This document shows positions 55,242-64,000 of a stretch of DNA of 64,000 nucleotides, one piece after another; the first letter of the stretch is position 1, and each line of letters starts with the position of its first letter. The position numbers and the translations under genes are program-made. The DNA is from Leptolyngbyaceae cyanobacterium. GTDB lineage: Bacteria > Cyanobacteriota > Cyanobacteriia > Phormidesmidales > Phormidesmidaceae. The notes beneath the pieces were generated by a model. That model searched no databases and was not told the DNA's origin. It saw nothing but the letters and a program-made list of their open reading frames with translations. The stretch lies in the NCBI GenBank assembly GCA_965263355.1, contig CBDHHL010000056.1:1696001-1760000 (forward strand), given 5' to 3'.

Positions 55242-55627
55242 GTCTGGTTGATGCGTTTTTAGATTAATCTAAACGATTAATCTGAAAGTGTTTCGGAAGT
55301 CTGAAGCGAGTGTTAGCTTGTCAAAGTCTTTCTAGTTCGAAGGATTGTGGTGTGCTGGTCATTGGTTATCGGACTTCCGAATTTTTGAATCTATGCTTAG
55401 TCTTTAAAGGCGTAGTGATGATTATGCTACGGCCTAAGTCATAAGCAAGCTTTAAATATAGGCAGTTTGAGCCTTGATAGCTAGTTACCCAACAGGGAGC
55501 TGGCGGTTTTTTACGCTGATAGTTAATGCCATTAAACTAAAGCAAAATAATTAATGCTTCAGTTAATAGGCTTTTCGCAATTGATTTGCAAAATAGTTTT
55601 TGTTTAAAAGTAGGAGACATCTCTGCT

Positions 55628-55831
55628 ATGCGTATGTTTCGGATTACTGCCTGTGTGCCGAGTCAATCTCGCATTCGCACCCAGCGCGAGCTACAGAATA
55701 CTTTTTTTACGAAGCTCGTTCCCTACGATAGCTGGTTCCGCGAGCAGCAGCGAATTCAAAAGATGGGTGGCAAGATTGTCAAGGTAGAATTAGCAACTGG
55801 CAAACCTGGCGCTAATACAGGGTTAGCCTAG
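55628..55831 (+). CDS. apcC: Phycobilisome small core linker
   Basis: MRMFRITACVPSQSRIRTQRELQNTFFTKLVPYDSWFREQQRI; ATG at 55628 with GGAG RBS. Confidence 0.97.
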   Translation: MRMFRITACVPSQSRIRTQRELQNTFFTKLVPYDSWFREQQRIQKMGGKIVKVELATGKPGANTGLA

Positions 55832-55847
55832 AGACAATTGATCAAAA

Positions 55848-55891
55848 CCATAAAAAATGGAGGTAACTAAGTTACCTCCATTTTTTTATGG
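55848..55891 (+). terminator. Terminator of apcABC
   Basis: AAAAAATGGAGGTAAC-TAA-GTTACCTCCATTTTTTT. Confidence 0.8.
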
Positions 55892-55993
55892 CGGTAAAGA
55901 TGTGACTCTCCCATATAAAATCTCATTCGGGTTGCCGGAATAGTTTTAGAGCTGGGAGTATCTTATAGAAACCTTCATCCTGCTGAAAAAGCA

Positions 55994-57385
55994 ATGACAT
56001 CGATCCATCTAAAATCCTTTACAGGCCTACTAGCATGTACCCTTAGCTTCAGTTTGCTCGGTACAGAATTGTTGACTGTGGGCTATGTCCCAGCTGTAGC
56101 CCAGGCCCAGGGGTTTGATGAAGATATAAGCGTACGTGTTTATCAGCAGGCTAGTCCAGCCGTTGTTGCCATTGATGCAGGTAGCAGTACAGGCAGTGGC
56201 AGCATTATTACAACCGCTGGCTTGGTATTGACCAATGCCCATGTCATCGGTGATGCCAATCAGGTAACCGTGCGTTTGGCAGATGGTCGTGAGTTTTCTG
56301 GGCAAGTTGTTGGCTATGCCGATGAGAATTTAGATCTGGCAGCCATACAAATTGACGGTGGAGATACGGTTTTTCCGGTTATTCCCCTAGCCAATAGCAG
56401 CACGCAGGTGGGACAACAGGCATTTGCCATCGGCAATCCTTTTGGGCTCCAAGGAACCTTTACCGTGGGTATTGTCAGTCGTATCGACTCGGAACGTGGG
56501 TTAATTCAGACGGATGCAGCAATTAATCCGGGAAATTCAGGTGGTCCCTTGCTCAATAGAAATGGTGAACTGATTGGTGTCAATACATCTATTTTTACAA
56601 CCGGCGAAAGCGCAGGCAGTATTGGCATTGGGTTTGCGATCGCCACACCTCAAATTAGGCCTTTTATTACTGCTGTACAAAACGGGACAGCCAATACAAC
56701 AGCATCCCGTCGGGCCCAAATAACCCGCGAACCATTACCGATTGCCATTGATGGTGGCACTGTCCGTGATCGCCTTGACAGCAATAGCAATCTACTACCT
56801 GACAACAGCTACTTCAACATTTACACCTTTGAAGGTAAGGCAGGTCAGCGTATTCGTATTGCTATGAATAGCAACCAACTTGACTCTTATCTACTGCTTT
56901 ACGGTCCGAACCAAGAATATTTAGGTGAAAATGATGACATTGGCAATAGCCGCAATGCCAGCCTGGAAGTTACCTTACCCAATAACGGAACCTACTTTGT
57001 TTTTGCTAATTCCTATGGCGCTAGTGAACAAGGCCCTTACGAACTGAGTATCAATAGCCTAGATAGCAGCAGCTACCTACTAAGCGAAAGCGGTACCCTC
57101 AGCCATCAAGATGGCCGTCTCACCGATAACAGCCTCTACGATGAATATTCCTTTGTAGGACAGCAGGGTCAAACTGTCATTATCAGACTCAACAGTCAGG
57201 ATTTTGATGCTTATCTATTGTTAATCGATAATCAGGGTAATAAGATTGCTGAAAATGATGACAGGGCTCAAAATGACAGCAATGCAACCATCCGGATAGA
57301 ATTGCCCTACACCGGTGAATATCGAGTTATTGTCAATGCCTATGACCAAAGAGGCCAGGGAGATTATCAAATGATTATTCAATAA
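55994..57385 (+). CDS. Secreted trypsin-like (HtrA-type) serine protease with two C-terminal PPC domains
   Basis: Signal peptide; TNAHV, DLA, AAINPGNSGGPL; two repeats Y.F.G..GQ...I...S...D.YL.L....ENDD. Confidence 0.9.
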   Translation: MTSIHLKSFTGLLACTLSFSLLGTELLTVGYVPAVAQAQGFDEDISVRVYQQASPAVVAIDAGSSTGSGSIITTAGLVLTNAHVIGDANQVTVRLADGREFSGQVVGYADENLDLAAIQIDGGDTVFPVIPLANSSTQVGQQAFAIGNPFGLQGTFTVGIVSRIDSERGLIQTDAAINPGNSGGPLLNRNGELIGVNTSIFTTGESAGSIGIGFAIATPQIRPFITAVQNGTANTTASRRAQITREPLPIAIDGGTVRDRLDSNSNLLPDNSYFNIYTFEGKAGQRIRIAMNSNQLDSYLLLYGPNQEYLGENDDIGNSRNASLEVTLPNNGTYFVFANSYGASEQGPYELSINSLDSSSYLLSESGTLSHQDGRLTDNSLYDEYSFVGQQGQTVIIRLNSQDFDAYLLLIDNQGNKIAENDDRAQNDSNATIRIELPYTGEYRVIVNAYDQRGQGDYQMIIQ

Positions 57386-57490
57386 GTGGTAGTCTAGTCA
57401 CTCATCTGAAACAGAGTAACGGCCCAAAGCCATGCGCCTCGCTTACCACACCTCACGGCCCTACCCTAAATTTTGAGCTTGGATACAGCA

Positions 57491-57688
57491 TTAGGGTAAT
57501 CCTAACCATGTAAAGAGATCCTGACGCGTAAAAAATTCAAGCAGCAGCAGAGCCAAAAAGCCTACCATTGCAAAACGACCATTGATACGCTCAGCATAGG
57601 TGTTCCAACCGAAACTCGGTACATCATCTAAGGATGGCTCTGTTGGCGATTGTGATGTACTTGGCTCTAGTGAATCAGACTTAGGCAT
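57491..57688 (-). CDS. High-light-inducible one-helix protein (HLIP)
   Basis: FGWNTYAERINGRFAMVGF (ExxNxR); ATG at 57688. Confidence 0.9.
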   Translation of the reverse strand: MPKSDSLEPSTSQSPTEPSLDDVPSFGWNTYAERINGRFAMVGFLALLLLEFFTRQDLFTWLGLP

Positions 57689-57718
57689 ATGACTATTAGA
57701 AAAATAAAATACCCTGTT

Positions 57719-57775
57719 CACGTCCAAATCGGTTATTTGTTCGTAGAACAACCTATGGATTTGAACTTGGACGTG
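57719..57775 (-). repeat. Dispersed 57-bp hairpin element, copy 5 (hli leader)
   Basis: Minus strand reads CACGTCCAAGTTCAAATCCATAGGTTG...CCGATTTGGACGTG, then AACAGGG. Confidence 0.75.
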
Positions 57776-58262
57776 GTGTCAATCCAGAAAACGAAGGCCT
57801 AACCCCGTCAACAAGCTTGGCAAAACGATTATAGCTATGACTGTTAATTAAAAAGATCAAGCCGTTTAATGTTTTTGCCAATATGGCTCTACTTAACAGA
57901 TTACTTCATGTCAATCATCAATAACCATTGAGGATTTGATTGAGCCTGTCGCTAATTTTAGCCTATCTATTTCATTTTCTTGGCACATTTTGTTCGAAGA
58001 ACCTTTAGTAATCAGAGGGATTAGATTCTCAGCCATCACCAATTAAATTACAGCTTCTAGGCTTTATTTCTATCCTTAGCAAAATCCACTCAAAACCTTA
58101 GCAAAATTCAGATTAAAACTATTCAGATACTATTGCTCTTAGCTTAATATACTTTTTTTACGTAGAATGAACACTCTTTAGAGCGAGGTAGTTTAAGACT
58201 TTATGCTTAGAGCCATCCTCAATTAAAATCCAAAGAATAGGCAATAAGGATAATTCTTTACC

Positions 58263-58280
58263 TTTAACAGAGTTTACATA
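58263..58280 (+). promoter_or_regulatory. HLR1-like repeat in the hli/cyAbrB divergent region
   Basis: TTTAACAG-AG-TTTACATA. Confidence 0.35.
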
Positions 58281-58519
58281 TTAGGAATGTACAAGTATTA
58301 GGGTAAGCTAATTTTGCAAGAAAAAACTTAGAGTTTTGACTTAGACAGAGGCTAGGGTTAAATACTCCTAGATAAACAGGTTTTTCGTCTGTTATAATCA
58401 GGTCCTCTCGTAAAAAACGTGTTTCACACAGGTCAGAAATCGAGAGCTATCGAGTCCCGGTTTCAGAAATTTGCTTCCATTGCCTCTTTCTAGACCTAAC
58501 CACTAAATTTCCAAATCCA

Positions 58520-58912
58520 ATGGCTGATACCAAAACCACGCCACTGACAGGTAAAGCACTGCTTCAGAAAATGAAGGAGATAACGCATTTACCAAAGCGA
58601 GAAAAAGCTAAGGAATGCGGATATTACAGCATTACTAAAGATAAGCAAGTCAGGGTAAATTTAACTGATTTTTATGATGCCCTACTGGCAGCTAGAGGCA
58701 TTCCTTTAGGGCCAGAAAGTACTAAGGATGGTCGTGGACGTGAGCCTACTTATCGCGTTAGTGTTCATAAGAATGGTCAAATTGTTATTGGTTCTACTTA
58801 CACTCAAGAAATGGGGCTTAAGCCAGGGGATGAGTTTGAAATTAAACTAGGCTATAAGCATATCCACTTGATTCAGTTGGGTGATAATAAAGAGCCAGAT
58901 GAGGGAGATTGA
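58520..58912 (+). CDS. Cyanobacterial AbrB-like regulator (cyAbrB1/CalA-type)
   Basis: PLTGKALLQK..CGYY..RVNLTDFYDALL..GRGREPTYRVSVHKNGQIVIG..GLKPGDEFEIKLGYKHIHL. Confidence 0.93.
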   Translation: MADTKTTPLTGKALLQKMKEITHLPKREKAKECGYYSITKDKQVRVNLTDFYDALLAARGIPLGPESTKDGRGREPTYRVSVHKNGQIVIGSTYTQEMGLKPGDEFEIKLGYKHIHLIQLGDNKEPDEGD

Positions 58913-59024
58913 GTATCTGCCCAAGAGGACTATTTAAGTCCATACAACCATTTAGATAAGACCTGTGAGTTAGCAATTGTAAACCTGCTTTAGGCTATTT
59001 CATAGCCGTTAAATGTTTAGTTAT

Positions 59025-59059
59025 AAAAGGGACTTAGGATATCCTAGGTCCCTTTTTTT
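59025..59059. terminator. Bidirectional terminator between convergent genes
   Basis: AAAAGGGACTTAGGAT|ATCCTAGGTCCCTTTTTTT. Confidence 0.8.
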
Positions 59060-59156
59060 GCTTCAGTATTTCAATACTATTGCAACGGTACTAAAGCGAA
59101 TGTAGCTTCTTTAGTAATTCTGTTTTTAACGGGTTAACTTGAGGCATACTCGAAGC

Positions 59157-62100
59157 TTAAGCTAAGGTTTCTAACTGAGCAATTAGTGGCTCTTCTAAGG
59201 TTTGTACCTTGTCGCTCAATAAGCGACTAATATAGCTACGGAGCTGCTCAGCCTGAGCCTCGTTGGGAATATAGATATGTCCACCTGACTCAGTGACAGT
59301 CTTGCTAAATAAGGGAGTTTGTAGCAGCGACCGATAGATAGGCAGAACGGTGGTGCGATCGCAAATCAGCCCACGATCAGCAGCTGTTGGCACTAGACCA
59401 GGGGGTAGATGCCCTTCTAACAGAGCTAAAATATGTAAGTGGCAGGCCTGGGTGTTGATCCCACGCTGTTCCAGCGAGTGCATGATTGCCCCGACTGGCA
59501 GCGGCTGTTGAGGAAATACCCGCAACAACTCCATCAGCAAGAAATAGTCACTATACTGTTGCCGAGTCACATTGAGAACCTGGGGATAGCGGGCCAAATT
59601 AACCAAGCCATAGGCAACCCGGCTACAGCTATGGGGCAACTCGCTAGCATAGGTATCTTGAATGATGGTGGCATTGGGAAATTTTTGACGTAGCCAACGA
59701 GCAATGGCAGGCAAAGAAGCCGAACCACCGGTACAAATCACCTGCTTAATCGCTTGGGTATCAATGGTGTGATGGCTCAACAGCACATTTAAGTAACGAT
59801 TAATACGCTGAATGTAAGGCAGAAAAATGAGGTTTTCTAGATAACGCCGTTTAACCAGCCAGCATTGACCAGCCAGCGTTATCTGCATTTGATTTTGCTG
59901 CTGTAAAGCAAGCTTAAGGTGACGGGCCGCCGCCAATAAACTCTGACCCAAACTAGACCCCAGTAGTCGCTGTTGTAGCTGGTAGCGCTGGCTCCAATCT
60001 ACATGGCCAACAGTCGGTAGCGTAAGGCCTTGTTGCAGCTGCGACCAATCAGCATCCGCCAACGCCAAGTGTCCCTGCCAATCCCAGTGAATACTGGTAT
60101 CTGCATCAGACAGCGGTCGACGTCGTTCCTCTGGCAACAAAAGCTGACACACAATATCTTGGTCAAGGGCGTCACCAGCATAGGCAAACCCACGCAGGGC
60201 AAAATCTGCGTAGTTTAGGCTGGATAGATCCTTGGGTAAATTAACCAGGCCTAACTCAGTCATCACTGCACCACCGCTGATGACCACAGTTCCTTCTTGC
60301 CACTGACAGTTGTACAAACTGGGTTGTCGAGATAACGAAACCGTATCTGCTAACGATATATCGTTGGGATCAGGGAGGCCGGATAAAATGGTTGCGATCG
60401 CATCTTCCACAAACAAAATTTGCTCTGGTCGGTCAATTAAACCGGCTGCTAGCACTGCTTCTCGCAGATTAAAACTATAGGTATCTGGCCAGTTAGTGGG
60501 ATATCCCACAATCACTCCCTGCAAGTTATCCCAAATTTGCTTGAGGCCCTTCCCCTCTAAGCCAACGGCCTGTCCACGGTCCAACAAATACTTCAGTAAC
60601 GCCACCATCGCCTGTAAAACTTGTAGCATTGGTAACTCTACTGTGTTTGACCAGCGCAACCATGGCTCCGAATCAGGCAAGGTTTGCCCAGAGCCCACTG
60701 CCACCTTAAGTAGAAGTTTGAGCCGATTAACACCGACCAACTCCGGCGTCTTTGAACCAAACGCATCTAGCAAATCCTCAAGATCGCCTAGGGCATCATA
60801 GCCAACGGCTACGGTATCTTGGGCCACTGTGATAACGGCTAGGGCAGGCAGCCGAAAATGCTTAGTCTCATCTGTCTCTATTTGCCAATAGAGGGGATAC
60901 ACTTGGCCAGTACGACGATTCATTAGTACCGCCGATAGGCCGGTTGAACCCACATCTAATCCAAGAAACCAATCCCCTTCAATATCAACCTCAGGTTCCA
61001 TGACAGGGGGCATGGTTGTCGGCGTAGCAGGAGCTGCAACAGTCTCCGTACGCGCACGCCCAGTTTGTGCATCGCTGCTCACATCTGCAATCGGTTCAAC
61101 AGCGGGCACAACAATATCAGGCATTGTTGACGGTAAATCTAATTCGGGAATAAGAGCTTCAGGCTCAGTGCCCAATCCTTCAGAAGATTCTGTTATGTCT
61201 AATCCCAATGCAGCCAGAGGGTCCGATATCTGAACATCATCAGTATAATTGGGCACCTCCTGATCGAGTGCTTCCAACTCAGGCACGGACGATTGCCCAA
61301 AAAGCTCATCCAAATCGCCTAAGTCAATAGTGTCCTCTACTGCCTCACTACTTGGCTGAGAGAGTTCGTCTAAAACCAGAAAATCCTCCAGTTCATCCAG
61401 TTCATCTGTCGTTTCAGTTACTGAATCTGCATCAAGTGGAATGTCCACAAGGGGGATGTCTGACGACTCATCATCAGCCTGATCTAACTGTTCTAAAGTA
61501 TCTAACTGCTCCAAAGTATATGGCTCATCAGACATTTCGGAAATTTGAGCAGACAGAGACTGGGGCCGTTCATTTTCAGCCATTGTCTGCCAAAAGGCCG
61601 CTTGTTCCGCCTGAAGAAAATCTTCTGCTTCAGGTGAGTCTTCTTCAAGATCATCAAGTAAAAAATCTAGCGGTACATCTGGCAATGATGCTGATTCCAG
61701 TTGCGGCTCATCCTCCTCTATGGAGGGAATCTCAAGGGTTTCTTCTGGATCAATCACAGGTTCTTCTAAATCAGATAGAAACGGACCAACCATCTCTTCT
61801 GTTGATACCTGAGATAAAGAATTAGACTGCTCACTAAGACCACCTAATTCATCGGCAAGGGAGTCACTTAACCCATCATCAAACTCATCAGTGAGTGGCT
61901 CGTTCATGAGTTCAGGCAGGTCTAGATCTGCGGTCTCCAGATCTGCATCTGTTAGAGATGATGAGGTGATAATAGCCACATCAAGTTCATCCGCAGAGGG
62001 ATCATCAATGGCAACAGTATCGGCAGCAAAGCCTTCAAAGAGATCATGCTCTGTACTCGCTAGATCCAGGTCTGCATTGTCTGTCCTGGGCTGCTGCCAT

Positions 62101-63998
62101 AAAAGATCCGCTATTTCGTCACGGCTTTCCTCAACATCATTAGCACGGCTTTCCTTAATGTCACTAGCGCTGGCCTCAATTTCCCCTAAGCCTTCAGCAA
62201 CAATAGGCTCGGCACCTTCTGCATCAAGATCCAAATCCTCTAGATTTAAATCCCCAACAATGGTTTCCAAAGTGTCTTGATCTAAGGGGTCAAGGGACTC
62301 ATCTCCCTCTACGCCATAGTCAGCTGGGAACCTATCACCTGCCAGCTTCTGCAAATCTTCATCCAGCTGTTCCACCAGTGGTCCATCATCAAAATCAATT
62401 AACAAACGTTGCTCAGTACCTGATTCCACCAGATTGATCAAATCCTCATCGGCAGCAGCAGGGATATAGACATCGTCCGGGATATTGTCTGTAAAATCGT
62501 CGAGCACCTTAGCCGTTTGCTCATCAGGGAGTAACTCCGATAGCGAGGCAATGGTATCTCCATCAGGCCCTGCATCAATGGGGTCATCTTCAGGCACAAG
62601 ACTGTCGCCAAACAGGGTTTCGACGGTCGCTTCTGGAAGTTCTTCTTCTGTCACAGAGTCTGCGATCGCAGACTGCTCAAATAACCAGTCATCAGCGACT
62701 TGGTTGGCATCAGCTAGATCTACAGCAACGGTCGGGCCAGTATCGAGGGAAGCATCAGCGGTTGTGCCCTCTTCTGGAAACAACACCTCGGTTAATAAAT
62801 CAACAGTTTCTCCCTCCGCTGCCTCTACCCCTAATCCCAAGTCAGAATCTATATCGCCTACATCAAAACTAAAGAGTTCGTTCTCAGACTCTATCTGGGG
62901 TAGCCTGCCTTGCTCGGCAACATCTTCTGAGGCCTCTGATGTTCCACCCATATGCTGACTACTCTCTGCTCCTGTCGCCAGCAGGCCAAGACTTTCATCA
63001 ATGTCTTCGAAACCTAAGCCTGGATTCAATGACGTCGAGGCTTCTACCTCTAAATTGACAGTGACGTCTGTTGAATTCTCATCGTCGAATAACGAAAAAT
63101 CAGTGGAGCTGACACCATCACTGTCACTAGTGACTAATAATTCCTCAGGTATATCGTCATTCTCAGAATTGTTGGATGCAGTTACTTCCTCCAGCAGATC
63201 TAAATCAAAGGCGTCATCGGTTTGAATAGCTGTGATTTCTTCCTCTAGCTCAATTTCAAGTCCCTGGCTGAAATCACCATCGATTTGGATAACAGTAGTA
63301 TCCTCATCGGAGAGCGCATCCTCTAGCTGCTCTAAGTCAATCAGCTCATCGGTTTGGATAACGGTAATATCCTCATCTGGTGAGATCTCCTCCTCTAACA
63401 AAGTTAAGTCAGGATCAATGGCTGACGTATCAGCCCCATCATCTCCAAGACTTTCCTCTAAGGCCAAATTCTCCAAAGCTTGATCCAATTCATCCAATTG
63501 GATGGCATTCAAGTCAACTTCTGTGGTGGCAACACTCGGTTGCACTGCCTGTTTAACCACCTGCTCTAAATCACCTGTGAGATATAAAGACGCATCCTGC
63601 CCTAACTGTTGAGCAAGATGATTAATAAATGCATGAAAAATAACTTCACCTTGACGGCCTAAGCCGTGCATTTGGTTCAGCCCCTCTTCCAACGAATCGC
63701 GATAGCTATCAACACTATTTTGTAATGAATCAAATACTGCTGTTAAGGTGCTGTCCAATTTTAGCAACAGCTGGTCTGATTGAGCTTGCAGTAATCGCAC
63801 CTGCTCTAATCGTTGCTGTGACAGTAAGGGGGATGGATTATCAGCAGCAGATAGCTGTTCGATGGCCGCCGTCTCCATAGCCGCAAAATTCTGCACCATT
63901 TGCGCCGACAGCTGCTCTTGTAGACGTTGCATCAAGGTCTCAAGAAACGCATTAATCTGTTGCTCAGACTGCAATGGTGTAGCCCCCCGTTGAGCCTC
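59157..63998 (-). CDS. Giant protein: coiled coil, acidic low-complexity linker, C-terminal Hsp70/actin-like domain; 5' end lies beyond the window
   Basis: Frame stays open upstream of TTG 63974 to the window edge; LGLDVGSTG, GYPTNW, FVEDAIA, AGDALD, VICTGGSA. Confidence 0.85.
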   Translation of the reverse strand, partial: EAQRGATPLQSEQQINAFLETLMQRLQEQLSAQMVQNFAAMETAAIEQLSAADNPSPLLSQQRLEQVRLLQAQSDQLLLKLDSTLTAVFDSLQNSVDSYRDSLEEGLNQMHGLGRQGEVIFHAFINHLAQQLGQDASLYLTGDLEQVVKQAVQPSVATTEVDLNAIQLDELDQALENLALEESLGDDGADTSAIDPDLTLLEEEISPDEDITVIQTDELIDLEQLEDALSDEDTTVIQIDGDFSQGLEIELEEEITAIQTDDAFDLDLLEEVTASNNSENDDIPEELLVTSDSDGVSSTDFSLFDDENSTDVTVNLEVEASTSLNPGLGFEDIDESLGLLATGAESSQHMGGTSEASEDVAEQGRLPQIESENELFSFDVGDIDSDLGLGVEAAEGETVDLLTEVLFPEEGTTADASLDTGPTVAVDLADANQVADDWLFEQSAIADSVTEEELPEATVETLFGDSLVPEDDPIDAGPDGDTIASLSELLPDEQTAKVLDDFTDNIPDDVYIPAAADEDLINLVESGTEQRLLIDFDDGPLVEQLDEDLQKLAGDRFPADYGVEGDESLDPLDQDTLETIVGDLNLEDLDLDAEGAEPIVAEGLGEIEASASDIKESRANDVEESRDEIADLLWQQPRTDNADLDLASTEHDLFEGFAADTVAIDDPSADELDVAIITSSSLTDADLETADLDLPELMNEPLTDEFDDGLSDSLADELGGLSEQSNSLSQVSTEEMVGPFLSDLEEPVIDPEETLEIPSIEEDEPQLESASLPDVPLDFLLDDLEEDSPEAEDFLQAEQAAFWQTMAENERPQSLSAQISEMSDEPYTLEQLDTLEQLDQADDESSDIPLVDIPLDADSVTETTDELDELEDFLVLDELSQPSSEAVEDTIDLGDLDELFGQSSVPELEALDQEVPNYTDDVQISDPLAALGLDITESSEGLGTEPEALIPELDLPSTMPDIVVPAVEPIADVSSDAQTGRARTETVAAPATPTTMPPVMEPEVDIEGDWFLGLDVGSTGLSAVLMNRRTGQVYPLYWQIETDETKHFRLPALAVITVAQDTVAVGYDALGDLEDLLDAFGSKTPELVGVNRLKLLLKVAVGSGQTLPDSEPWLRWSNTVELPMLQVLQAMVALLKYLLDRGQAVGLEGKGLKQIWDNLQGVIVGYPTNWPDTYSFNLREAVLAAGLIDRPEQILFVEDAIATILSGLPDPNDISLADTVSLSRQPSLYNCQWQEGTVVISGGAVMTELGLVNLPKDLSSLNYADFALRGFAYAGDALDQDIVCQLLLPEERRRPLSDADTSIHWDWQGHLALADADWSQLQQGLTLPTVGHVDWSQRYQLQQRLLGSSLGQSLLAAARHLKLALQQQNQMQITLAGQCWLVKRRYLENLIFLPYIQRINRYLNVLLSHHTIDTQAIKQVICTGGSASLPAIARWLRQKFPNATIIQDTYASELPHSCSRVAYGLVNLARYPQVLNVTRQQYSDYFLLMELLRVFPQQPLPVGAIMHSLEQRGINTQACHLHILALLEGHLPPGLVPTAADRGLICDRTTVLPIYRSLLQTPLFSKTVTESGGHIYIPNEAQAEQLRSYISRLLSDKVQTLEEPLIAQLETLA

Positions 63999-64000
63999 CA

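Noticed and set aside
55760..55891. ApcZ-like sRNA from the apcC 3' end
   Set aside because: The position fits, but only a terminator is visible and I could not identify sequence similarity or an internal promoter.
60496..63483. Several Ser-rich + strand ORFs
   Set aside because: Antisense shadows of the D/E-rich giant ORF.

Overview
Core chromosomal segment of a cyanobacterium. Evidence: apcEABC, rpaB, cyAbrB, crtR, the atp1-atpB-E-F'-F-H-A-G operon and about 20 HIP1 octamers (GCGATCGC). A filamentous Leptolyngbya-like lineage is an inference only. Contents in order: the end of a polysaccharide cluster (GT4, wbaP, O-antigen ligase); leuC and leuD split by three genes; pyk-crtR-aroH-sppA-DMT; a ybjQ-ybjQ-M48 module; a small accessory patch (DUF4058 pseudogene, DUF3782-like nuclease); kinase-cbbY-ghrA; plsX-fabH-fabD-plsC; rpaB/radA; MscS-cNMP; a Na/Pi symporter; the ATP synthase and allophycocyanin operons; a trypsin-PPC protease; hli; cyAbrB; and a truncated giant acidic protein with an Hsp70-like domain. 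No rRNA, tRNA, CRISPR array or transposase was seen. The most interesting signals are non-coding: (1) a 55-57 bp degenerate hairpin element in five intergenic copies, each 30-93 nt upstream of a start codon and in either orientation; (2) a candidate NtcA-activated ~140 nt sRNA between ghrA and cbbY; (3) GTAG-type REP palindromes; (4) Pho-box-like repeats before a PtrA-like regulator and a Na/Pi symporter. All calls come from reading the sequence and recalled family motifs; no searches were run.
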